In this document: positions 18,237 through 25,645 of the stretch, piece after piece
Layout: each line of letters opens with the position of its first letter
Numbering within the stretch: the first letter of the stretch is position 1
From: a virus
IMG/VR virus record: IMGVR_UViG_3300025168_000044
Location: 1-64,000 of that record
Length of the DNA stretch: 64,000 bases
Strand: one strand, 5' to 3'
Program-made: the position numbers and the translations under genes
Notes under the pieces: model-generated
Seen by the model: the letters and a program-made list of their open reading frames with translations, nothing else
Database searches by the model: none
What the model was told of the DNA's origin: nothing

Positions 18237-18587
18237 ATGCACAATTTTAATTGCCGATACGCAGATTTGGTGATCCACACTAGCTGCCCTGCATTTGTAG
18301 ATAAAAAAGGCCAGATCCCATATTTAAATGAATTAATGTGGGAGGATCCTGACAGCATCACCGTGCCGCAAGCAAAAATGGATAACGAGAATTGCCAAGG
18401 CAGCTACCACTATTTAAATGATAGCCCTGCCGACTTAAAACTGGTTTGTAACGAGCTGGATGAGCGGGGGATCAAATATCATGTCTTTTTTGATTGGCAA
18501 CCAGAGCAAGGGGCAACACCATCAAGCTATGTAATTTGGACACCAGAGATGGGCATGAGTGATTTTAAGGCAACCAATAACTTATAA
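18237..18587 (+). CDS. Hypothetical early protein
   Basis: Preceded by repeat element with AAGGAG. Confidence 0.7.
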   Translation: MHNFNCRYADLVIHTSCPAFVDKKGQIPYLNELMWEDPDSITVPQAKMDNENCQGSYHYLNDSPADLKLVCNELDERGIKYHVFFDWQPEQGATPSSYVIWTPEMGMSDFKATNNL

Positions 18588-18597
18588 AGGATTCACA

Positions 18598-18915
18598 GTG
18601 AAACTATTTTACGGGTTCCACTACCGAGGTGGGAGAAACACAACGACTGGCGATCCACACCCCACCACTGGGCGCATGAGCATTGCGGGAAATCTCAAGG
18701 TGTTTGCAACTGGGGAAGCAAGGGACGAATGGGTTGATGCAGAGATTTTTCATGTTCCCGATTCAGGATTTCGGGAAGCTGTCACCACCAAGCAACAAGC
18801 CAAGGAGTTGTGGGCTGGTCTGAGTATCAGTGAGTTTAACGAGTACATTAGACAAGAAGCAATCTTACTTGAGGATGACGCCGATTTTGATCACCACACT
18901 TGGCTGAGTTACTAG
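18598..18915 (+). CDS. Hypothetical protein
   Basis: AAAGGA RBS before GTG 18598. Confidence 0.6.
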   Translation: MKLFYGFHYRGGRNTTTGDPHPTTGRMSIAGNLKVFATGEARDEWVDAEIFHVPDSGFREAVTTKQQAKELWAGLSISEFNEYIRQEAILLEDDADFDHHTWLSY

Positions 18916-18983
18916 CTCAGGGCAAATCGGTGCGGCAAGGATCGTGCCGGTTTCCCCGCAACTAGTAATTCGGCTAGTAAGTA

Positions 18984-19040
18984 AACTCACAGAATGAGTT
19001 CATAGGCTCACAGAATGAGTTTCATTCTTCACTGAATGAA
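18984..19040. promoter_or_regulatory. Three phased palindromic operator-like sites
   Basis: YTCA-C(A/T)GAA-TGAR cores at 18986, 19007 and 19028 (21-bp period). Confidence 0.55.
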
Positions 19041-19049
19041 GGACACACA

Positions 19050-19388
19050 ATGAAGTTCATGACCACACCGATGAAAAAAAACATTACTGCTGGAGAGGAG
19101 GAAAATTTAGTCAAGGACTATATCAATAAGAACTGGAGCTATGACTCCATTAATGAAAGCAGGCATCTCCAAGGATTGAAAGGGTTGGAAGTCACTGAAA
19201 TGATGGAAGAATACAAAACACCAACACATGATTGGGGTTATCAAAAGCTAAAGCATCCTTGGGATGGATACCCAGCTGGCGCTTGGAGAATTGTTGATGA
19301 CCAAATTGGCTCTGAATTTGTGAGTGTTGTTTTTACAAAAGAAAAAGGGATCTGGGAGGTGATTAGTCTCGGTGAGGAAGGCTGGTGA
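19050..19388 (+). CDS. Hypothetical protein
   Basis: AAGGA RBS. Confidence 0.65.
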   Translation: MKFMTTPMKKNITAGEEENLVKDYINKNWSYDSINESRHLQGLKGLEVTEMMEEYKTPTHDWGYQKLKHPWDGYPAGAWRIVDDQIGSEFVSVVFTKEKGIWEVISLGEEGW

Positions 19389-19636
19389 TCTTGTGCTGTT
19401 TAATGCCTATTTAAGCGTTTAATGTTTTAGCCAATAAAATCAGCATACTAGCGAGGAGGCAAAAGTGGGGAAATCTATAAGACCTAGATACAAATTTTTT
19501 AGATAAGTCAAGCACTGTTAAGTTTCTAATAAGTTAATAAGTATTTCTCCAATAAAATCAGCATACTAACAAGCGCGCTTTGTTGCGCGTTCACAGCGCG
19601 CACATTGGCGCGCATCAACTACAAAGAGAGAAAACT

Positions 19637-19915
19637 ATGAGCTTTACTTGCAGGAGAGTGTGGCAACACTACGAAGACGATGAAGGCACAATGCGCTACG
19701 AATGCTGGGAAGTTGGGTTTGATGAGTTTATGGGCGGAACAGACGACAATGTAAGATACCAAGTCGTAGCCCGATTAGAAAATGCTACTGATGCCGCATG
19801 CCTTTGCAACTTTTTGAATGGCGGAGAGGGGCGTAGAGTTTTGAGGCCAGATGATCTGCGGGACGACCACGTTGCTAAACTGCTGGGCAACAACCTGCCA
19901 GAAAAAGCGTTATGA
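19637..19915 (+). CDS. Hypothetical protein
   Basis: ATG 19637; ATGA-coupled to the next gene. Confidence 0.6.
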   Translation: MSFTCRRVWQHYEDDEGTMRYECWEVGFDEFMGGTDDNVRYQVVARLENATDAACLCNFLNGGEGRRVLRPDDLRDDHVAKLLGNNLPEKAL

Positions 19916-20115
19916 TCGGCAAACGCTTCTCAAGGCTGCTAGTGCTGGAGCGTGTTCAAAAAGCTGGCAGCACTCACATTTTCTGGCGATGCCAGTGCGA
20001 GTGTGGCAACCAGCGCATTGTGCGCAACAGTGAGCTGTACGAGGGCACAACAAGGCACTGTGGTTGTCAACCGCGCAAGCAACATTGCTACACAGCAGCA
20101 GAGTATGCGAAATGA
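19912..20115 (+). CDS. Stand-alone Zn-binding domain of the type found N-terminal to phage HNH/AP2 proteins
   Basis: GKRFSRLLVL...WRCQCECG...L..G.T.HCGC. Confidence 0.65.
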   Translation: MIGKRFSRLLVLERVQKAGSTHIFWRCQCECGNQRIVRNSELYEGTTRHCGCQPRKQHCYTAAEYAK

Positions 20116-20414
20116 ACATTTTTGAATCAGTGGATAAGCACTTCGGGGCTGTAGTTGCCAAAGATCCAATTAAAGGCAAACTGCATGTTGGCTACAGCTT
20201 GAAAGAGCTGAGGGCCTTGCCCATTCGCAAAGCTGGATTTTCTGAAGCAGTGGTCATTTGCTTAGAACGCTCCCGCATTTATGACCTGGGCCAGCTCACA
20301 GCGTTGACACAAAAAGAGCTGCTGCAAATCAAAGGGTTAGGGGACGGGAACCTGCTGGCAATTCTTAAGCTGTTGAGGCTACTTAATCTTAGATTAAAGA
20401 CTTATAAAAGATGA
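20112..20414 (+). CDS. RNA polymerase alpha-subunit CTD-like protein
   Basis: PIRKAGFSEAVVICLERSRIYDLGQL...QKELLQIKGLGDGNL..I...L matches the alphaCTD HhH pattern. Confidence 0.75.
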   Translation: MNIFESVDKHFGAVVAKDPIKGKLHVGYSLKELRALPIRKAGFSEAVVICLERSRIYDLGQLTALTQKELLQIKGLGDGNLLAILKLLRLLNLRLKTYKR

Positions 20415-21106
20415 GGCTGCTGCAATACGCTTATCTACCAGAAGAGCTGAGGGCTACGAACTGGCAAGGACAGCCGTTGCATTTATGGCGGTTGCACGAT
20501 CTTTACGAGATCCCCAAAAACCAGTGCATGCACCGCATCAAGCGCTTCCGGCAGCCGTGGTGGCAAGAGGTGGGTCTAAGTGATCAGCCGCCAGCTTGGG
20601 TATTAGAAGATGAGTACAAGGTACGGTTTGACCCCATTTACTTGGGGGTGACGGAGCTGGTCAAACTATATAAGCATGACCACTTTTACGGTCTGGAGTC
20701 TGAACGTCAGGGAGTCAGGCTTCGAGTCCGCATTTTACTAACTAAAGAGCAAGAGGACGCTATGACAACACCACAATTAATCAAAGAATTGTACATAACC
20801 GGCGAGGATGGGCACGATTTCTTCCCGTATCATGATTATGAAGACCAAGGAATTGAGCTGACAAGGGCAGGAGCTTATGAATTTGCTGAAGAGATGCTTC
20901 CAGTGAAGTTGGATCTAGTTATTGAACAACTGAGGGAGGAACTTGCACAGTTAAAAAATACTGAGGCAATTGATGAGCTGAACTTATTGAATGAGCGCAG
21001 AAGAGTCTCTTCCAAAGTCGGCAGTTACACGAAAATGCAAAAGGGCGGGATGAAAGAGGAGTGGCTGCGTAGTTGTGCCGATTATATTTACAAAAAAGGT
21101 CAATAG
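20411..21106 (+). CDS. Hypothetical protein
   Basis: 231 aa, ATGA-coupled. Confidence 0.6.
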   Translation: MRLLQYAYLPEELRATNWQGQPLHLWRLHDLYEIPKNQCMHRIKRFRQPWWQEVGLSDQPPAWVLEDEYKVRFDPIYLGVTELVKLYKHDHFYGLESERQGVRLRVRILLTKEQEDAMTTPQLIKELYITGEDGHDFFPYHDYEDQGIELTRAGAYEFAEEMLPVKLDLVIEQLREELAQLKNTEAIDELNLLNERRRVSSKVGSYTKMQKGGMKEEWLRSCADYIYKKGQ

Positions 21107-21460
21107 ATGGTAACAACTGACTTGATAGACGAGGTATTAGCAACCTCTGAAATTAAAAAGTTACAATTTCGGGAACTTTTAGCAAGTAAAAGCAGTAATT
21201 TCCCTTGGGATCCTGCGGCAGACGGGATTCCCACTGGGGTGATTCACCCTTACCACTTCAAAAACTACAATGGCAAAGACTTGCGTAATTGGCGATTGAA
21301 GTCGGGGTTTTATGTCACACATTGCGCTAAAATTGCGAACATCTCGTCAAGCAGCTGGCGCGCTTACGAAAAGGGGCACCGGCCTCTTCCTGCACATTTT
21401 TTTATAATTCTTTTTTATATTGAAACTCTAAAAAGCTACTTCTTTGTTCAAAAGCGGTAG
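21107..21460 (+). CDS. XRE-type HTH protein
   Basis: DLRNWRLKSG....CAKIANISSSSWRAYEKG. Confidence 0.65.
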   Translation: MVTTDLIDEVLATSEIKKLQFRELLASKSSNFPWDPAADGIPTGVIHPYHFKNYNGKDLRNWRLKSGFYVTHCAKIANISSSSWRAYEKGHRPLPAHFFIILFYIETLKSYFFVQKR

Positions 21461-21720
21461 CCGTCACACGATAGATATTTAGCACTTGGCGCCCTTGGTT
21501 GTTTGGGAAGCACCAACAGCCCATCGTTGCTTTTTGCCGTTTACGCTTTCGACCTCGAAACAATGCCCTGCCCGTTTCCCACTTGAACAGCTGGCGGCTG
21601 ATAGATGCGGCCAGCTTTTGTCCATCCATCTCCTTCGGAAGCACTTTACTTCCAGGTTCATAGTGCAGGTAACAATCCTCTGCCCATTGTTCAATGCGCT
21701 TGATTCGGGCCTTGTGTAGC

Positions 21721-22176
21721 TCATTGCCCAAGGTTTTTGACCATAAGTCCGCCGTTATACGACCAATACTTTGTAGCGATAATGCGCCAGACGTGACGAT
21801 CATCTTTAAAGATGGCATCAAGGACGGCTTTTGCAAGATTGTCAGTGTCCTTGGGACTGGTTTTGGCAGGCTTATCGTTCAACTCTTTTTTGCGGCGTTT
21901 GCTCCAGCTCTTCGGCATGGGCAGGTAAAAAATCATTTCTACCTGATCAGACAATTGGAACTTTGCAGCATTGCACTTTAGCCTCAGCTCGTCACAATAA
22001 GCCCGATATCTAATTTCATGAGGAGAAGGTTTCCAGCGTGATCGCTGGGATTGTCGGGGGGAAGTAACTGGATCGCATGCTATGAAAATCAAAAGGTTTG
22101 TATTAACGGCAGAGACCCCGTCTCCCCTCATTTTGCATTGGCGCTGAGCTTCATCAATGGAGATTAGTGAGTCCAT
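21721..22176 (-). CDS. rusA: RusA-family Holliday junction resolvase
   Basis: FYLPMPKSWSK, KDTDNLAKAVLDA, DD..V. Confidence 0.85.
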   Translation of the reverse strand: MDSLISIDEAQRQCKMRGDGVSAVNTNLLIFIACDPVTSPRQSQRSRWKPSPHEIRYRAYCDELRLKCNAAKFQLSDQVEMIFYLPMPKSWSKRRKKELNDKPAKTSPKDTDNLAKAVLDAIFKDDRHVWRIIATKYWSYNGGLMVKNLGQ

Positions 22177-22333
22177 GAGATTTCCTGACTTCACAATTAA
22201 TTAGCACCTCCTCCTTATCTTCCTCACTCATGCCCCACCAGTGCATGATCTCCCACTCACTTCTTTTACAAACAATGCAATAGCCTTTGTGATTCAGCTC
22301 ACACTGTCTTTTTTTACATGGGGATTTGATCAT
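22154..22333 (-). CDS. DUF1289-like Cys-rich protein (59 aa, below the ORF-track cutoff)
   Basis: Hand translation: MIKSPCKKRQCELNHKGYCIVCKRSEWEIMHWWGMSEEDKEEVL... Confidence 0.7.
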   Translation of the reverse strand: MIKSPCKKRQCELNHKGYCIVCKRSEWEIMHWWGMSEEDKEEVLINCEVRKSHGLTNLH

Positions 22334-22673
22334 ACTGTCTAATAGGGATGGCTGAGAGCGTTGAGTCGTAGCTGCTCTTCCTGCACATTGCAGTGTTCAA
22401 GAATTGCAATAACTCTTATTGCTTACCAAGATATGAATTCAGCACTATTTTTAGGGAGGAGTGCTGACTTGGTTACCCAGCCGTGTAAAGAAGGAGTGCA
22501 GCGTAAGCCAAGATAGCAGTGGCTATATTGCTTTTAAGCAGTTGTTCCGTTGCCGATAGCGGCTTGCATGGGGGGCCTCGTTATGAGGTGGCATCCAGTG
22601 AAAACGTAACGCCAAACAACTATTTAACGACACTCCTTATTAAAGGTATCAAAAGGTCTAGAAGGCTTTTGGC

Positions 22674-23657
22674 TTAGGCGTCAGATTGATTCCCAAGTCC
22701 AAAAATATCAGTAGCGCATTCGGCATCAATACCTAGCTTAGATAATTCTCTCATGACGATTGATGTTTTTTCTGTGGGAGCATTAAGTTGAAGTTTTTGG
22801 ATGATACCTCCCTTAGCCAAGAACTTCGCGATTTCTTCCTTGTATTCAGTAGGGCTATCCAACTCATTTTTTTCAGTGATTTGTAAGTCAAAGGGGACAT
22901 GGGCACTAGATTCAGCGCCTTGGCAGATCGGCAAGATCATTGTGCGAACGCCTTTTGCAAACAACTCATCTCTCTTGCGTACTTTATCATCTTCTTGCTT
23001 GCAAAGCCGAGTCTTTCGAGCAAGTTCTTTACACTGTACTGAACAGTACATTTTCCTGTCTTTATGTGCCCCGTAAGTCGTAAAGACCTTACTGCAGTGA
23101 GAGCAAATAACCGTCCGGTTTTTGAGCAGCCTCCGAATTTTTGCGGTTGATAAGCATTCACTAGAACAGTAGACGTTTAAAATACTTTTTGGGCTGAAAG
23201 GCTTTCTACAAATTGCACAAGGAATACGCTTTTTATCAAGCTGGGCTTGCCTTGACTTGGCAGCATGAAAGGCAATTTTGCAGGACTCATTGCAATATCG
23301 CTGTTTGGTGTTCCTCGGTAAATATTTTTTAGAACAAAAATCGCAATGGGTTGACGTTTCTCGAAATAACTGAGCCCTCTCATCAACCCCGTTTCGCTTG
23401 TCCCTCTTCCTTTGGGTTGCTAATTCACGACAGTGCTTCTTACAGTATTTTGCTGAAGGGCTGCTAGCAGAAAAGTCTGTGCCACAAATCTCACACTTTT
23501 TTGCTTTCCACAGGAATTCACTGATTTTTTTATTCTTGTGGTAGATCGCTTCTGCACGGCAAGTGTACTTACAATACTTTTGTGCTGCATTATGGGGAGT
23601 AAATATCTTCTCGCATATAGCACATTTCCTTTCTGCATAAATAGATCTATTCCCCAT
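22674..23657 (-). CDS. Five-repeat Zn-finger protein with C-terminal SutA-like motif
   Basis: Five CxxC...YCxxxC repeats; EEIAKFLAKGGIIQKL. Confidence 0.7.
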   Translation of the reverse strand: MGNRSIYAERKCAICEKIFTPHNAAQKYCKYTCRAEAIYHKNKKISEFLWKAKKCEICGTDFSASSPSAKYCKKHCRELATQRKRDKRNGVDERAQLFRETSTHCDFCSKKYLPRNTKQRYCNESCKIAFHAAKSRQAQLDKKRIPCAICRKPFSPKSILNVYCSSECLSTAKIRRLLKNRTVICSHCSKVFTTYGAHKDRKMYCSVQCKELARKTRLCKQEDDKVRKRDELFAKGVRTMILPICQGAESSAHVPFDLQITEKNELDSPTEYKEEIAKFLAKGGIIQKLQLNAPTEKTSIVMRELSKLGIDAECATDIFGLGNQSDA

Positions 23658-24177
23658 ACGTCACAGCCTGTACTAAATCAGCAAAGCGCACTGGCCCCTT
23701 CGGCTTGGCGATAGGGGGGCCAGCTCCTCGGTTCCCCTTTTGTGCATACACGACTCCAATGCCGTCCTCCGTATCTATCACGTTGTAGCCATAGGGGGCT
23801 CGGCTCGTAGCCCAAAGAAATTTTGTGGCGGCCACCGGATCCATACGCCTATCGATTGCTTTGTATTCCTGCTCCATTGCCACCCAATCTTCAGAGTTTT
23901 TGCTTTCCAACAGCTTGGGTTGCTTGGCAGCTCTTGGGGGCCTCTGCTTCAGACCACTTAGCTCTAGAAACTCTCCTACAGTCGGGAAAAAACGGCCACG
24001 GTAGGCTGCTAGAAACCGGCTGATAGCTTCAGGCAGATCTTCCGCCTGCACATGAGAGTAAGCAAAGGCTGCAAACCACTGGTTATTGTAATCCACAGTA
24101 AAGCCACTCTTGGGAGCGCCATAGTGCATCTCTAGCTGCACTAACAGGTTGTCAACAATTTCAACTTTCATTAGCAA
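23647..24177 (-). CDS. Putative helicase loader/inhibitor
   Basis: FFPTVGEF motif; directly downstream of the initiator. Confidence 0.55.
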   Translation of the reverse strand: MLMKVEIVDNLLVQLEMHYGAPKSGFTVDYNNQWFAAFAYSHVQAEDLPEAISRFLAAYRGRFFPTVGEFLELSGLKQRPPRAAKQPKLLESKNSEDWVAMEQEYKAIDRRMDPVAATKFLWATSRAPYGYNVIDTEDGIGVVYAQKGNRGAGPPIAKPKGPVRFADLVQAVTYGE

Positions 24178-25174
24178 TCCTCAAATGCCGTTGCTTCCGT
24201 ATATCCGCTGCTGAGAGTTTAGTAGAATCTGCTATGGGTTGGGTACGCCCACGGCCACGCTCATAAAGCCAATCCTCGTTGACGGCTATGCCTGTGCTTT
24301 GCAGATAGTGTTCAAGGCCCAAAAAAATTTCTTCATGGGTAAGTGGAGGTTGATTCTGAAAGCCTTTAGTCGCACAGCGAACAACCTTGGTAAGCATATT
24401 TCTGGCACCATTGTACGTCCAACTAGAGCCCTTCATGTTTTCACGTTTTTCGTTAATTTGACGCCACTGGTCAGGGTCAACAATTTCTAGGTCAGACCGC
24501 CTAAATGGCAAAGTCGATTGGTATTGTTTATGATCATCCGGCAATTGCGTACGCCGCAGCGCCTCCTCAAAAATCGAATCCAGCGAAGCAAGGTTCAACT
24601 TTAACTTGGAGGCGGGAGCGAGTTGGGCAACCGTTTCCCCAGGGGGGACATGGGGGGATTCTTCTAGCTCATCTTTTAGCTTATCTTCTAGCTTATTTAG
24701 CTCTCTTACGGGCGTACTACTAAGAGCGTTCCGGCCACTTTGGCATGTTGTACCGGCCACTTTGGCACTTTGAGACCGGCCATTTTGGCATGTTGTACCG
24801 GCCACTTTGGCACTTTGAGATCGGCCACTTTGGCATGTTGTACCGGCCATTTTGGCATGTTGAGATCGGCCACTTTGGCCGGTCTGCGCTATGAATTCAG
24901 CAAGATTTTCAGGCATGACCAAGGGCCGAATGGCGTGGTTAAACTGGCGCCTTTGCACTTCAAGGATTCCTGCCTTTGTCAGAGCCTCTACGCTCCTACG
25001 ATACGTCCTTTCGGCAATGTCGAGAGTAACGCAAAGGGGCTCACCAGCATTGACATGCCAGCCATCATCAGCTTTTTTGCTTAAAAACTGTACACGGTGA
25101 TAAATCACGCCTGCCGTCCAGCCAAAGTGTTTCAGTATGAGTTTGTTCGCGCAGATGAAATCAGTCTCTTTCAT
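24161..25174 (-). CDS. Replication initiator (lambda O-like) with internal origin
   Basis: N-terminal wHTH (LDIAERTYRRSVEALTKAGIL) followed by an iteron-encoded repeat segment. Confidence 0.75.
   Translation of the reverse strand: MKETDFICANKLILKHFGWTAGVIYHRVQFLSKKADDGWHVNAGEPLCVTLDIAERTYRRSVEALTKAGILEVQRRQFNHAIRPLVMPENLAEFIAQTGQSGRSQHAKMAGTTCQSGRSQSAKVAGTTCQNGRSQSAKVAGTTCQSGRNALSSTPVRELNKLEDKLKDELEESPHVPPGETVAQLAPASKLKLNLASLDSIFEEALRRTQLPDDHKQYQSTLPFRRSDLEIVDPDQWRQINEKRENMKGSSWTYNGARNMLTKVVRCATKGFQNQPPLTHEEIFLGLEHYLQSTGIAVNEDWLYERGRGRTQPIADSTKLSAADIRKQRHLRIANES
24660..24882. repeat. Replication origin: 7 iterons plus adjacent TAGCT repeats
   Basis: YCGGCCAYTTTGGC x7 with 22/23-bp period (24731-24882); TTYTAGCT-type repeats at 24660-24707. 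Confidence 0.8.
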
Positions 25175-25454
25175 CCGGCTGCCAGTCGTAATCCCAAGTG
25201 GAATCGTTGTAAGGATCGTCTTTGCGCATTAGCTTTTCCTCCATGGTTATGTCAGCTGCTATGAATGTTCTGCAGGTTTTCGTGTGCTGTTCGGAGCTGT
25301 GCTTCCCGCAGTAGGGGCACTTATAAAGCCAGCAGACCCTTCCGAGCTTTGCCTCAGCCGCGCGAATGCTTGCCCAATATGCCCTGCCAATCGCCTTAGT
25401 CTCTGCCTTAAAGGCTTTGAAGCGTTCAATCCCTTTTCCCTCTCCTTCATCCAT
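25161..25454 (-). CDS. Hypothetical protein with CPYC...HxxxC
   Basis: Overlaps the initiator start; Zn-finger-like motif. Confidence 0.5.
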   Translation of the reverse strand: MDEGEGKGIERFKAFKAETKAIGRAYWASIRAAEAKLGRVCWLYKCPYCGKHSSEQHTKTCRTFIAADITMEEKLMRKDDPYNDSTWDYDWQPDERD

Positions 25455-25645
25455 TCAGTGATTTCTCTTTCGATCCAGCGACTCTGCTGCCCAACTAAAT
25501 AGGCTCTTGGGAATCTACTCGTCTTGTCCTTGCTCAGTTTGTAAACATAGTATCTAGTGATCCCCGTAATCTTTTCCACTTCCGACACTTTAATCATCTT
25601 GTCAGTCGGCTGTAGCTCCAAGATGTACTCAAAATCAAGGTTCAT
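25259..25645 (-). CDS. AlpA-family regulator / excisionase candidate
   Basis: IKVSEVEKITGITRYYVY......FPRAY.VG..SRWIEREITEW. Confidence 0.75.
   Translation of the reverse strand: MNLDFEYILELQPTDKMIKVSEVEKITGITRYYVYKLSKDKTSRFPRAYLVGQQSRWIEREITEWMKEREKGLNASKPLRQRLRRLAGHIGQAFARLRQSSEGSAGFISAPTAGSTAPNSTRKPAEHS

Larger units (their letters stand above)
12733..18239 (+). repeat. Dispersed intergenic repeat family (GC hairpin with 5-nt loop + RBS), 9 copies
   Basis: Copies at about 12733, 14041, 14746, 15213, 15561 (RBS half only), 16025, 17247, 17849 and 18197, each ending at an ATG. Confidence 0.9.

Noticed and set aside
12733-18239. Integron attC array (many elements begin with TAAC at stop codons)
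   Set aside because: No matching GTTRRRY end or long imperfect palindrome; the integrase has a tRNA attP and no evident IntI features.
12733-18239. Rho-independent terminators or N4 vRNAP hairpin promoters
   Set aside because: No U-tract follows the stems; loops are 5 nt rather than N4's 3 nt, and no virion RNAP is recognisable.
21402-21836. Gene downstream of rusA (144-aa or 81-aa alternatives)
   Set aside because: Two competing frames, neither with a recognisable motif; cannot choose from sequence alone.
22490-22640. tmRNA-like element
   Set aside because: No tRNA-like acceptor/T-arm ends and no credible tag reading frame.
24731-24882. CRISPR mini-array
   Set aside because: Inter-repeat segments are only 7-8 bp and themselves repeat; the array lies in-frame within the initiator, which fits iterons.
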